Shown here: positions 17,549-27,436 of the stretch, one piece after another
Position numbering within the stretch: the stretch's first letter is position 1
How the letters are laid out: every line of letters begins with the position of its first letter
Source: an uncultured archaeon
Lineage (GTDB): Archaea > Aenigmatarchaeota > Aenigmatarchaeia > CG10238-14
Assembly (NCBI GenBank): GCA_964373165.1
Contig: CAYJTF010000003.1
Location: 1 to 46,122 of the forward strand
DNA: 46,122 bases
Direction of reading: 5' to 3'
The notes under the pieces: generated by a model
What the model was told of the DNA's origin: nothing
Database searches by the model: none
What the model saw: only the letters and a program-made list of their open reading frames with translations
Position numbers and translations under genes: made by a program

Positions 17549-17647
17549 TGGGTTCGGTGCGATTCGAACGCACGGCCAACGGATTTCTTCACGGTTAAGA
17601 GTTTCAGCATAAAAGTCCGCTGCTCTACCATGCTGAGCTACGAACCC
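17549..17647 (-). tRNA. tRNA-Lys (anticodon UUU) with a ~25-nt intron at the canonical 37/38 position
   Basis: GGGTTCG-TA-GCTC-AGCATGGTA-GAGC-A-GCGGA-CTTTTA[intron]A-TCCGT-TGGCC-GTGCG-TTCGAAT-CGCAC-CGAACCC. Confidence 0.8.
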
Positions 17648-17834
17648 AGAAAGCCAATGAAGATAGCTATCGCTTCTTCTTTAATTTAGAAAATTGGGTA
17701 TAATGTGGACTAAATAAATTCGAAGGATTATTGTATCTTTTGATGTCCACCCATCATTCTCATCTCTTTATAATTCTCACATAAACGATTTAAATTTAAC
17801 TTTTTCCCGATATTTATTCAGATGAGACCATAAA

Positions 17835-17858
17835 GTAGGGAGCAAAATGCTCACCTAC
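17835..17858. other. stable hairpin (5+5 bp stem, one bulge, AAA loop) in a locally GC-rich patch of an AT-rich spacer
   Basis: GTAGG-GAGCA-AAA-TGCTC-A-CCTAC, read directly from the sequence. Function unknown. Confidence 0.5.
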
Positions 17859-18115
17859 TATCTTCGTGCTGCAGTTCTTCTTGCAGAAGATCTTCTCCTT
17901 GCTGCTGCCAATTTTTTCACCTCCTTTTTGGAATCAAATACAAACAGTGTAGAAAAAACGCGAAGGAAACCAATGAGAAAAAAAATCACTTCTTCATTTT
18001 AAGTGCCTTGAAGAATACACAAAAAAATCTAGATAAAAAACTCGAAACACAATCTCTATATTTTGAGATCATTTTTTTCTAATATATAATTTTGTTATAG
18101 TTATATATAAAAATT

Positions 18116-19279
18116 TCATTGCTTTTTCTGAAAAGAGAAATTCTTTATTTGAATAGCTATCAATGCAACAAGAATTATACCTAAGAAAAAGGCGAATATT
18201 TTTGCAGACCACAAGTCCATTAAGCTACCAATCATAAAAGCTGAAAGCGCATATGGAATTTTTTGTAACATTGAAAATGTAGATAAAGTTGTTGCTCGGT
18301 ATTTTGATTCAACACTTTTATTAATGAGAGTTGAGGAAACGTTGTTAAAGATCGACTGAAGGCCGGAACGAAGCATAATGGTGAAGCCACCTAAAATCAT
18401 ACCGATAATTGGAGAGACAACTAATGAGACACCAACTAAAAGACTTACTAAGAATAAACTTATCGCATACCCAAATCGTTTTGTAATTTTAGGTGAAATC
18501 TGAGAGGCTCCCGCTGATATTAAGTAGACGGTTGATATTAAAACGCCGAGTTGTTTTTCTTTAAATCCAAACTCTACAGCCAAAATGTCATTCAGAACTT
18601 CATACATAATCACTAAAAACATTCCTATTGAAAGTAGAATAATTGTCTGTTTTTTTATTTCCTCGTTGCTAAACAACTGATGAAAACCCAATTTTGTTTG
18701 TTTTAAAAAATTATTAAATGAGAATTTTATTGTATCAATTCTGGGTTCTTTAAGTAAAAATGTTATAAATAAACCAATTATATGTATGATACCGACAGCA
18801 ATAAATGGAAAACCAGGATTAATTGAATACATAAACCCGCCAATAATTGTCGACAAAGCAAAAGCAACAAGTTGAATAGTAGTAATGTTGGCGATTATTC
18901 TGTCATAGTTATTTTCTTTCTTCTTTTCTTTCAAGGAGTCGTATACCAAAGCTTCCATTGTGCCGGAGTATAACGAACGTCCAATTGACATTAATATTAC
19001 AGATATCAATAGACTTATGAAATTTATTGCAGTTCCCATTACGAAATTTCCTAACGCTAACAACAAAAATGAGAACATAAGAGTCTTCTTCTTTCCTAAT
19101 AAATCAGCAACAGCACCCGTGGGTATTTCTGTAGTTACAGAGGTTATTATCATTATAGATTCTATCAGTCCTATACCTGCATAATTTGTGAATGAGAGAT
19201 AATATAAAACCCAAATGCCTCCCCAAAATGAGGACATGCTCAAATAACTGAGAATATAGGAAAGTTTGATGTTTTTCAT
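18116..19279 (-). CDS. MFS-type transporter
   Basis: 387 aa with about 12 hydrophobic helices. The loop motif 'GAVADLLGKKKT' between TM2 and TM3 resembles the MFS signature. Confidence 0.7.
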   Translation of the reverse strand: MKNIKLSYILSYLSMSSFWGGIWVLYYLSFTNYAGIGLIESIMIITSVTTEIPTGAVADLLGKKKTLMFSFLLLALGNFVMGTAINFISLLISVILMSIGRSLYSGTMEALVYDSLKEKKKENNYDRIIANITTIQLVAFALSTIIGGFMYSINPGFPFIAVGIIHIIGLFITFLLKEPRIDTIKFSFNNFLKQTKLGFHQLFSNEEIKKQTIILLSIGMFLVIMYEVLNDILAVEFGFKEKQLGVLISTVYLISAGASQISPKITKRFGYAISLFLVSLLVGVSLVVSPIIGMILGGFTIMLRSGLQSIFNNVSSTLINKSVESKYRATTLSTFSMLQKIPYALSAFMIGSLMDLWSAKIFAFFLGIILVALIAIQIKNFSFQKKQ

Positions 19280-19315
19280 TTTTCTTAGTTTGTATTAACA
19301 AAATAAAAGTTTATT

Positions 19316-19912
19316 TTACTGTTCCCAGAAGAATCTAATCTTCCTCTTTTCAAATCCCAAATATTTGACTAAAATAAATCCTATTATCATTCCACCTAAA
19401 TGCCCATAATTAGATATACCTGGTTCTAAACCAGTTATCCCGTAGACAATTTGTAATAAACCGATTAAAATTATGAATACTATCGCTGGCATAGGTATAA
19501 TGAGTTGAAAATAAATTGTTTGTCTCGGAAACATTAAGCCATAAGCTGTCATCACACCAAATATTGCGCCAGACGCTCCTACCAAAGGTGTATTACTAAT
19601 ACCAGTCAATAAAATATGAAACATACCAGAACTAATTCCCGTGATCGTGTAGAATAGGAAAAACTTCTTTTTACCCATAGCGTATTCTATCGTAGGACCG
19701 AACATAAACAAGCCCCACATGTTTAGTAAAATGTGCTCAATTCCGGCATGAACATACATGAATGTAAGAAATTGCCAAATCATTCCTTTATATAATGCAT
19801 CGGTAGGTGTTAATGCAAGATAATCTATTGAGTTCCTAAATAGTACGTTTATTATGAATACTATAAAATTCGCTAAAATTAATTTTCCCGTCACAGTTTT
19901 TAGAAGACTCAT
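19316..19912 (-). CDS. rhomboid-family intramembrane serine protease
   Basis: 'HAGIEHILLNM', catalytic 'GASGAIFG', and a downstream 'GHLGG' histidine. Confidence 0.8.
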   Translation of the reverse strand: MSLLKTVTGKLILANFIVFIINVLFRNSIDYLALTPTDALYKGMIWQFLTFMYVHAGIEHILLNMWGLFMFGPTIEYAMGKKKFFLFYTITGISSGMFHILLTGISNTPLVGASGAIFGVMTAYGLMFPRQTIYFQLIIPMPAIVFIILIGLLQIVYGITGLEPGISNYGHLGGMIIGFILVKYLGFEKRKIRFFWEQ

Positions 19913-19950
19913 ATTATCAATAATTTGTTTAATTATTAATAAAATAATAA

Positions 19951-20058
19951 TGGGCCGGGCGCGATTCGAACACGCGACCGCTGGTTTTTACGCTCAGTAG
20001 CCTTATAAGACCAGTGCTCTTTCTGTTTCGAAAGATAACCAGGCTGAGCTACCGGCCC
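19951..20058 (-). tRNA. tRNA-Ile (anticodon UAU) with two introns (D-loop ~16 nt; anticodon loop 17 nt)
   Basis: GGGCCGG-TA-GCTC-[26-nt D region]-GAGC-A-CTGGT-CTTATA[17 nt]A-ACCAG-CGGTC-GCGTG-TTCGAAT-CGCGC-CCGGCCC. The short variable arm excludes Leu. Confidence 0.65.
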
Positions 20059-20104
20059 ATCTAAGTTTATTAAGTTTTCCGTTAACAAATATTTAAATGA
20101 TTAT

Positions 20105-21022
20105 ATGGGTGTGCTTAAAGAAGAACTGGTCGATCAAATAACGGATACATTGGATCAACACGGCTTTGAAACTTTGCAATATGAAGGATGTTTTGATATA
20201 CTTGGAAAAAAACACAAACTACTTGTTATTAAAGCACTAACAAACGCAGATTCTCTGAGCGGAGAAATGGCCGCAAATATAAAAATCATCTCACATTTTC
20301 TTTCTGCTTATGCATTAACAGTGTGTTTAAGAAACAACCATAATGATTTATCACAAAATATAATATATTCTAGATTTGGTATACCTGCAATAAGACCTGA
20401 ATTATTTGAAAAATTATTGTCAAGTGAACATATACCATCAATTTCCGCATTGAAAGGCAAACACACAGTATCGATAAATGCAGAATTGTTGAGGCGAGAG
20501 AGATTAAAAAATAAATTGTCTTTAGAATCTCTCGGTAAAATTATAGGCACGTCTAAAAAATCGCTTTATGAGATAGAAAAAGAGAGAGTAAATCCTGTAT
20601 TAGAAACAGTACAAAAATTGGAGAAAATACTGGGAGTATCATTAATTCTTCCCTATAAACTTGAAACACCCAAGATAGATCATCAAATAAAGCCTAAAAC
20701 GGAATTGCAAAAAAAGATTTCTTTGAAGTTTGATGAATTAGAAATAAACAATAGTTGCTTAACATCGACTCTATTCCAAATTATTGGTAAAAGAACGGAG
20801 ACAATGATCATCGGCGTGTCTGACAATGAAAAAGATTTCATTGATAGATCGGAAATAATGAGTAACATCGCATCTTTCACTAAAACCGAGAGTTTGTTTA
20901 TTACGAAAAAATCTGAAAATGAAAACATAAACGGTATACCAGTTCTTTTGGGTTCGGAAATTTTAGAGGCTAGCAACTTCAAAGATCTTAAACAGATGAT
21001 TAATGAAAAAAAATCTGCGTGA
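20105..21022 (+). CDS. XRE-type HTH transcriptional regulator (archaeal COG1395-like)
   Basis: Central HTH 'LKNKLSLESLGKIIGTSKKSLYEIEKERVNPVLETVQKLEKILG', flanked by N- and C-terminal domains of unknown function. Confidence 0.55.
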   Translation: MGVLKEELVDQITDTLDQHGFETLQYEGCFDILGKKHKLLVIKALTNADSLSGEMAANIKIISHFLSAYALTVCLRNNHNDLSQNIIYSRFGIPAIRPELFEKLLSSEHIPSISALKGKHTVSINAELLRRERLKNKLSLESLGKIIGTSKKSLYEIEKERVNPVLETVQKLEKILGVSLILPYKLETPKIDHQIKPKTELQKKISLKFDELEINNSCLTSTLFQIIGKRTETMIIGVSDNEKDFIDRSEIMSNIASFTKTESLFITKKSENENINGIPVLLGSEILEASNFKDLKQMINEKKSA

Positions 21023-21059
21023 TTGGAATTATTTTAACTGAAATTGTCAAATAATTATT

Positions 21060-21599
21060 ATGTTGTTTTTGGAAAAAACCAAAGAGTTAATTATTAGCTT
21101 TGTCATACTCTCGATATTTATAGGGTTCGGGTTATGGTATTTTTTAACAGTTAAAACAAACAACACGTCATTTTTGATTTTAATAGCACCAATACTTTCT
21201 TTTATCTGGGTTTTTATAATAGCATCTTTCTATAGAGGGATAGTAGATTCTCATAAGATGGATATGAATAAATTTAATGACGCTACTAATCATGCATCAA
21301 AGAGTGGTTCTCAAGCATCAATGCTTCTTATGACTGTGGTGTTGATAATAGGACTTAATCAAAGTATTCTCAAATTTAATAATACGATTCTTTTTGGATT
21401 ATTAATCTTACCACCAGCAATGAGCTCCTTCTCTTACAGCATAGCAGCTTTTACTATGTACTTTGGTATAAGCAGGAAAAATAGTGAAATGAATAAGTAT
21501 GCCTTGTCCTTCTACGAGTTAGGTAACTTTCTCTCATTAGCTTCCATGATATCAATAACTTTACTTTTTGTATTGGTTTTATTGTCGGTTGGAAAATAA
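21060..21599 (+). CDS. hypothetical multi-pass membrane protein
   Basis: Four or five hydrophobic helices. No motif recognised. Confidence 0.4.
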   Translation: MLFLEKTKELIISFVILSIFIGFGLWYFLTVKTNNTSFLILIAPILSFIWVFIIASFYRGIVDSHKMDMNKFNDATNHASKSGSQASMLLMTVVLIIGLNQSILKFNNTILFGLLILPPAMSSFSYSIAAFTMYFGISRKNSEMNKYALSFYELGNFLSLASMISITLLFVLVLLSVGK

Positions 21600-21659
21600 T
21601 AAATATTTAAATTTGTATACCCACATACACATATTGAAATTCTCCTTGGAGGTATACTG

Positions 21660-21905
21660 ATGAAATTACTAAGAAAATTATGGAGTAGTACTATAGAAAA
21701 AACATATATTTACTGGCGTAAACATCAACTCCTAGCCAACACGGTTCACATAATGGGTGGAGTAAGTATTACTCTAATCTTATTCAGATATCTAGGTCAA
21801 TATTATGATAATTTAGAACTTATTTCCTGGCTTTTGTTTGGTTTGTTTTTATTAATGCATGTATATGCTTGGTTTATGGGTTCTAAGGTAAAATCTAGTT
21901 TGTAA
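21660..21905 (+). CDS. hypothetical small membrane protein
   Basis: Two TM segments. GGAGGT lies upstream of the ATG. It ends 14 nt before the thermosome gene. Confidence 0.35.
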   Translation: MKLLRKLWSSTIEKTYIYWRKHQLLANTVHIMGGVSITLILFRYLGQYYDNLELISWLLFGLFLLMHVYAWFMGSKVKSSL

Positions 21906-21919
21906 ATGGAGGTGTTTAG

Positions 21920-23578
21920 ATGGTTAATGCAACAATAGGTCAATTAGGCGGACAGCCTGTTTTGATATTACCGGAAGGTACATTAAGAACGAGAGGAAAA
22001 ACAGCGCAGGAAAATAATATTGCTGCTGCTAAGGCAGTCAGTGACGCTGTTAGAACAACTCTTGGACCTAAAGGTATGGATAAAATGCTTGTAGATTCAA
22101 TAGGTGATATTGTTATAACAAACGATGGTGTTACGATATTAGAAGAGATGCAAATAGAGCATCCTGCAGCAAAAATGATGGTTGAAGTCGCTAAAACTCA
22201 GAATGAGGAGGTGGGTGACGGTACAACCACTGCAGTTGTTATTGCAGGCGAATTATTGAAGAGAGCAGGAGATCTTCTTGAGCAAGACATACATCCCACA
22301 GTAATTATTCGTGGATACAATTTAGCAATGAAAAAAGCAATAGAAGTTCTAGAAAAAATATCAAAACCCGTGACAATAGAAGATAAAGAGACTTTGAAGA
22401 AAATTGCCCTTACAAGTATGAGTGGAAAGTCAGGGTATGGCAATATGGAACATCTGGCTAATTTAGTTGTTGATGCAGTCATGCAAGTAGCCGAAAAGAA
22501 AAATGGCAAAGTAGTAATTGACACGGATAACGTTAAGAGAGAGAAGAAACAGGGCGGTTCCTCTGAAAACACGGAATTAATAAAAGGAATATTGATTGAT
22601 AAGGAAGTAGTTCATCCAGGTATGCCCAAAGAAGTGAAAGATGCTAAAATTGCCTTGGTTGATGCAGCTTTGGAAGTTAAAGAGACGGAAACTGATGCAC
22701 AGATAAGAATAACAGATCCAATGAAGTTGCAAGAATTCATTGAACAAGAAGAGAAATCATTGAAAAATATGGCAGAGAAAGTATCTTCATCAGGTGCTAA
22801 TGTACTATTCTGCCAAAAAGGAATTGATGACACAGCTCAACATTATTTAGCTAAGAAAGGAATACTGGCAGCAAGAAGAGTAAAAAAATCTGACATGGAA
22901 GCTTTGGCAAAGGCGACAGGCGGGAAGGTTATCACAAACCTTGACGATTTGTCGAAAGATGATTTGGGTTATGCAAAGTTAGTTGAAGAACAAAAAGTAG
23001 GAGACGAGCAAATGGTGTTTGTCAGAGATTGTAAAAACCCAAAAGCAGTTAGCATTTTAGTCAGAGGTGGGACAGAGCATGTTGTCGATGAGGTAGATAG
23101 AGCAATAGAAGACGCCATAGGTTCAGTATCTTCTGCAATAGAAGTTGGTAAAGTGGTTCCAGGCGGGGGTGCACCTGAGTCTGAAGTTTCGAGAGAATTA
23201 AGAAAATATTCTGAAGGACTAAAAGGACGAGAACAACTAGCAGTGAATGCATTTGCTGATGCGATGGAAGTCATTCCAAGAAGTTTGGCAGAAAACGGTG
23301 GATTAGATCCGATAGATACACTTGTTTCCTTAAGGGCTGATCACGAAAACAAGAAACAGGAAATGGGTGTTAATGTCTTCGATGGTGGAACAATGGATAT
23401 GCTGAAAGCAGGTGTTGTTGAACCCTTGAAAATCAAAACACAAGCTCTAAAATCTGCGACAGAAGCAGCAGAAATGATTTTGAGAATAGATGACGTAATA
23501 TCTGCTTCTAAACTAGATAAAAGCGGCGGAATGCCACCAGGCGGAATGCCAAACATGGGCGGAGGCGAAGATTACTAA
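21920..23578 (+). CDS. ths: thermosome subunit (group II chaperonin)
   Basis: '[13 protein letters not shown]', '[13 protein letters not shown]', 'GDGTTTAVV', 'VPGGGAPE', and a C-terminal [14 protein letters not shown] tail. GGAGGTG lies 6 nt upstream of the ATG. Confidence 0.92.
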   Translation: MVNATIGQLGGQPVLILPEGTLRTRGKTAQENNIAAAKAVSDAVRTTLGPKGMDKMLVDSIGDIVITNDGVTILEEMQIEHPAAKMMVEVAKTQNEEVGDGTTTAVVIAGELLKRAGDLLEQDIHPTVIIRGYNLAMKKAIEVLEKISKPVTIEDKETLKKIALTSMSGKSGYGNMEHLANLVVDAVMQVAEKKNGKVVIDTDNVKREKKQGGSSENTELIKGILIDKEVVHPGMPKEVKDAKIALVDAALEVKETETDAQIRITDPMKLQEFIEQEEKSLKNMAEKVSSSGANVLFCQKGIDDTAQHYLAKKGILAARRVKKSDMEALAKATGGKVITNLDDLSKDDLGYAKLVEEQKVGDEQMVFVRDCKNPKAVSILVRGGTEHVVDEVDRAIEDAIGSVSSAIEVGKVVPGGGAPESEVSRELRKYSEGLKGREQLAVNAFADAMEVIPRSLAENGGLDPIDTLVSLRADHENKKQEMGVNVFDGGTMDMLKAGVVEPLKIKTQALKSATEAAEMILRIDDVISASKLDKSGGMPPGGMPNMGGGEDY

Positions 23579-23677
23579 TTTTTTATTCTTTCCCTCTTTT
23601 TCTTTTGTATATAAGTTTTTTATTATACTATATCAAATAATTTAAAGTAAGGAATCTAATTATAATTTGGTGGAAAT

Positions 23678-24190
23678 ATGAACGAAGACGAAGAATATGA
23701 AATTGTTCCAGTTTCTCCATTGAGGCAATTAGAAAAAAGAATGGATAAGATTGAAACATTTTCAGCTAACGATCCTAAGTCTATACTAAGGGATATTGTT
23801 GACATTATAAGGATGAATCAAACAATAGTAGATGAATTAGTTAGATCAAACGATTCGCTAAAATTAGAATTAGCTAAATTGCCTGCAAAAATAGATGAGA
23901 TGACATCTCAACTTAAAGAGCTCGTTATGTTTATTAAAAGTTCTGGTGAAGAGGAAATTGTTTCTATGAATCAAGAGTCAATGAGGCCCATAGTAGACAA
24001 ACTTGATGAATTAGTTAAAACTAATAAAGTTATGACTGATAGGAATGACTCTGTTGTTGAATTGTTGGATGAAATTAGCAAGAGACTTAAAAAACCAACA
24101 TTACAGCCAAGATTACCAAGACCTATTTTGCAGCCAGCTGGCGCAAACCCAATGATGAGACCAGCAATGAAAAGACCAGGGCAATTGTAA
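23678..24190 (+). CDS. hypothetical coiled-coil protein with Pro-rich tail; first gene of the pilus operon
   Basis: Heptad-rich sequence ending in 'PTLQPRLPRPILQPAGANPMMRPAMKRPGQL'. It ends 12 nt before the first pilin gene. Confidence 0.4.
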   Translation: MNEDEEYEIVPVSPLRQLEKRMDKIETFSANDPKSILRDIVDIIRMNQTIVDELVRSNDSLKLELAKLPAKIDEMTSQLKELVMFIKSSGEEEIVSMNQESMRPIVDKLDELVKTNKVMTDRNDSVVELLDEISKRLKKPTLQPRLPRPILQPAGANPMMRPAMKRPGQL

Positions 24191-24202
24191 TGAGGTAGAA
24201 AA

Positions 24203-24607
24203 ATGAAAGGAATTTCTGCAGTAGTTGCAACAATTTTACTTTTATTAATAACAATTGCTTTAGCTACAACCGCATATTTCTATATTACTAATTTTCTTAG
24301 TGGGAAAACTTCCAAAGTTGTTAGTGTAGTCGCTGATTGCACTAATGGAAAAATTTCATTAATTGTATCAAATGTTGGTCAAACAGATATAGTTAATACA
24401 GGTGGTACAGGAGATTTGAAGATATTAGTTGATAATAAACTAAATACTACCGATTTCGAAGAAAATGGAGCTAGCGGAGATATAACATATACAATACCCG
24501 TCAGAGGTGTAGTGGCTCTAGTAAGCAAAAATACAGTCCCGTCAAGTAGCCAATACAGAATTGTTGTAGCAACTCCAAATCCTGAGATTTTAACCGTGTT
24601 TTGCTAA
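24203..24607 (+). CDS. archaeal type IV pilin-like protein (class III signal peptide)
   Basis: 'MKG|ISAVVATILLLLITIALATTAYF' matches the archaeal pilin N-terminal (DUF361-like) pattern. The remainder looks beta-rich. Confidence 0.6.
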   Translation: MKGISAVVATILLLLITIALATTAYFYITNFLSGKTSKVVSVVADCTNGKISLIVSNVGQTDIVNTGGTGDLKILVDNKLNTTDFEENGASGDITYTIPVRGVVALVSKNTVPSSSQYRIVVATPNPEILTVFC

Positions 24608-24617
24608 GTGTAATAGA

Positions 24618-25223
24618 ATGAGAAAAGGACAAGTTCAACCAGTTTCAGTAATCCTTATTATAGTTATATCTCTCGGCGCAATTGCGACCGTATTGCCGTG
24701 GGCGAATACTATGATACAAAAAAGAAAGGATTCTAAAAGCGTGGATGACGTTTTCAATTTTTTTATGTCTCTTGACAGGTCAATCAGAGAGATAGCCGAA
24801 AGTGGTGGTGAAGAAACGATATCTTTGAAAGTGCCGGGCAGATTCACGATTTATCCAGAAACAGTTACTAGTCCTTCAAACAATTCTATAGTTTTTGTTT
24901 TTGAGAGTAAAATCTCCAACGTGGCTGAAGGTGATTGGGTACCATTAAATAATCCTAATGTCAACTCAACTGCTGTGCTAAGTGTTGATACGCCCTCCGT
25001 TGTTTTTGCCAGAGCTGTTGATAGTTCAGATAATTTGGATGTTTATTACAGATTGTGGTATAGAAGGCTTATAGATCCGGTTTCAAATCAGGGATACTGG
25101 ATAGTATTGAACACAACAGATAATACAGTTAAGGAGACAACAACGGGATTCATGAGAATTCAAAGAATAGGTTCCAGACAGGCTCAAGGTTTAACTATAA
25201 CCGAAATTAATATTATTGTTTGA
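24618..25223 (+). CDS. type IV pilin-like protein (class III signal peptide, Gln +1)
   Basis: 'MRKG|QVQPVSVILIIVISLGAIATVL'. Confidence 0.5.
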   Translation: MRKGQVQPVSVILIIVISLGAIATVLPWANTMIQKRKDSKSVDDVFNFFMSLDRSIREIAESGGEETISLKVPGRFTIYPETVTSPSNNSIVFVFESKISNVAEGDWVPLNNPNVNSTAVLSVDTPSVVFARAVDSSDNLDVYYRLWYRRLIDPVSNQGYWIVLNTTDNTVKETTTGFMRIQRIGSRQAQGLTITEINIIV

Positions 25224-25228
25224 GGGTA

Positions 25229-25654
25229 ATGAAAGGTCAAACCATTATAGTGGAGTTTATTTTGTTTTTTGTTATATCGTTCAGTTTGTTCATAACCATA
25301 AGCTTTATTTTTTACAATCAAAATGTTAACTTGAATCAAAAAATAGGAGATTCTTTGTTAGACTCAGTTAACAGCCTGATTACCACCAACATTATTAGAG
25401 GTGCGGGATGCAGGGGGTGTGACAACATAACCATGAAAGAAACTACTCCGGCAAGATTAGGCGGGTTTTTCTATATAATTAGCCTTAATAAACAAAATTT
25501 GAACAACACAATGTTATCAGAAAAATCGATTTCAAAAACATCCTTAATTTTTAACTTAAATGAAACCTATAATCAGACAGGGCAAACAAAAGGTGAAAAT
25601 AAAATAGTAGAAATAACAATTAATAATATTAGAAGAACAATCAGCGTGAAATAA
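25229..25654 (+). CDS. type IV pilin-like protein (class III signal peptide, Gln +1)
   Basis: The ATG at 25229 gives 'MKG|QTIIVEFILFFVISFSLFITISFIF'. The TTG at 25220 overlaps the previous stop. Confidence 0.5.
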   Translation: MKGQTIIVEFILFFVISFSLFITISFIFYNQNVNLNQKIGDSLLDSVNSLITTNIIRGAGCRGCDNITMKETTPARLGGFFYIISLNKQNLNNTMLSEKSISKTSLIFNLNETYNQTGQTKGENKIVEITINNIRRTISVK

Positions 25655-27436
25655 ATGGATACAAGAGTTGTTTTTAGGAAATTAGTCAGCGGTTATAGAA
25701 ATTTGAATAAAAAAGAAAGTTATAATACCTATAACCCAATTCCCGTAATAATTTCTGGATCTCCGTCAAAACTTCAAATAGGATCTAATTTAATCCAGCA
25801 ACCTGTTATGGAAACTTCACTTCAAACTGTTGAGCAAGACCAAAAAACAGAATATATTTTTGATGGTGTTGAAATACCTGAATTTTCCTCGAAGAAAATA
25901 ACATTCCGAGGTATTAAAGAAGAAGAACAAGAAGGCAAAGCAAGTTTTATCTATCCATTGATACCCGAAAAACCAACAAAAAACGAACCCGTTCTCGCTT
26001 ATGCTAAAATTAGCTGGAACCAAGAGAAAAATAGATATGAGTATAGTGTAGTTCAGCCCCAAATAACACAAGAACTGCAGGGCATACTTGTGAGAATAAA
26101 GAGTTTGCTGGAAGAAAAATTAGACGTAGATTTTGCAAAAATGAAAGAAACCGAAGTGAAGGATTATTTACATAACCAGATAGAAGTGTTAATGAATTAT
26201 TTCGGAATAAAAATTTCGGAAGTTGATAAACAAGTCTTATTTTACTATATAGATAGGGATTTTCTTGGTCTTGGGATGATAGAACCGTTAATGCATGATT
26301 CAGAGATAGAGGATATAAGCTGTGATGGTGCAGGCATTCCTGTCTTTGTATTTCACAGAAATCCCAAGATAGGATCTATAGTCACTAATCTAATGATTGA
26401 AGATAAAGATGAATTAGACACGTATCTGATTCGTTTAGCTCAATTGACAGGACAAGCTGTATCAGTTATAGATCCTTTATTAAATGGAACATTACCAGAC
26501 GGTTCTAGAATTCAGGGAACTTTAGGAACAGATATTGCAAAAAGAGGATCTAACTTTACAATCAGAAAATTCACTAAATTTCCATTTACACCGACGCATT
26601 TCTTAAATTACGGAACACTGGACATAAAAACTCTGGCATTTTTATGGATGACTGTTGATTACAGCTTTAGCCTTTTAGCATCAGGAGGAACAGCGACAGG
26701 CAAGACTAGCTTCCTTAATATGCTATCTTTATTCATCAGACCTGAAATGAAAATAGTCAGCATTGAAGATACAGGAGAGATCCAATTGCCACATCCGCAC
26801 TGGATACCTCACGTCTCAAGAGTAGCTATATCAGATCAAAACAAACAAAGAGGAGATGTGGATTTATTTGATTTATTGAGAGAGAGCTTGAGACAGAGAC
26901 CAGATTATATTATAGTAGGTGAAGTGAGAGGAAGGGAAGCTTATGTTTTATTCCAACAAATGGCGACAGGACACGCATCTCTAGCAACCATACACGCAGA
27001 GAATTTTGATAAATTAATCGATAGATTAATAACACCGCCGATCCAACTACCTCCAAGTTTGATAGAAAGTCTGGATGTCTTAGTATTTATGTCGAACTTG
27101 AAATACAGAGGTAAATTTGTAAGAAAAATCCAAAGCATTTACGAGGTTATAGGTTTTGATTATCAGAAAAATAGACCTAAAATAAATAAAGTAGTAGAAT
27201 GGAATTCAGAAACAGATAAGTTTGTTATTAAAAATAAAAGCCTATTGCTTCACAAAATAATGAAGAAAACAGGGTTGAAAGATGATCAAATAAAAGAGGA
27301 ACTAAAACGAAGAATGATTGTACTTTATTGGATGAAAGAAAGAAATATAACAGATTATAGAGATGTTGGAAGAATTGTTAACTTATATTACAATTACCCA
27401 CTTCAAGTTCTTGAAGCAATAAGTGGTGAAATTTGA
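25655..27436 (+). CDS. type II/IV secretion ATPase (FlaI/PilB/TadA-EpdL-like) for pilus assembly
   Basis: Walker A 'SGGTATGKTSFLN', Asp box 'IVSIEDTGEIQL', Walker B 'DYIIVGEVRGREA', His box 'GHASLATIHA'. Confidence 0.85.
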   Translation: MDTRVVFRKLVSGYRNLNKKESYNTYNPIPVIISGSPSKLQIGSNLIQQPVMETSLQTVEQDQKTEYIFDGVEIPEFSSKKITFRGIKEEEQEGKASFIYPLIPEKPTKNEPVLAYAKISWNQEKNRYEYSVVQPQITQELQGILVRIKSLLEEKLDVDFAKMKETEVKDYLHNQIEVLMNYFGIKISEVDKQVLFYYIDRDFLGLGMIEPLMHDSEIEDISCDGAGIPVFVFHRNPKIGSIVTNLMIEDKDELDTYLIRLAQLTGQAVSVIDPLLNGTLPDGSRIQGTLGTDIAKRGSNFTIRKFTKFPFTPTHFLNYGTLDIKTLAFLWMTVDYSFSLLASGGTATGKTSFLNMLSLFIRPEMKIVSIEDTGEIQLPHPHWIPHVSRVAISDQNKQRGDVDLFDLLRESLRQRPDYIIVGEVRGREAYVLFQQMATGHASLATIHAENFDKLIDRLITPPIQLPPSLIESLDVLVFMSNLKYRGKFVRKIQSIYEVIGFDYQKNRPKINKVVEWNSETDKFVIKNKSLLLHKIMKKTGLKDDQIKEELKRRMIVLYWMKERNITDYRDVGRIVNLYYNYPLQVLEAISGEI

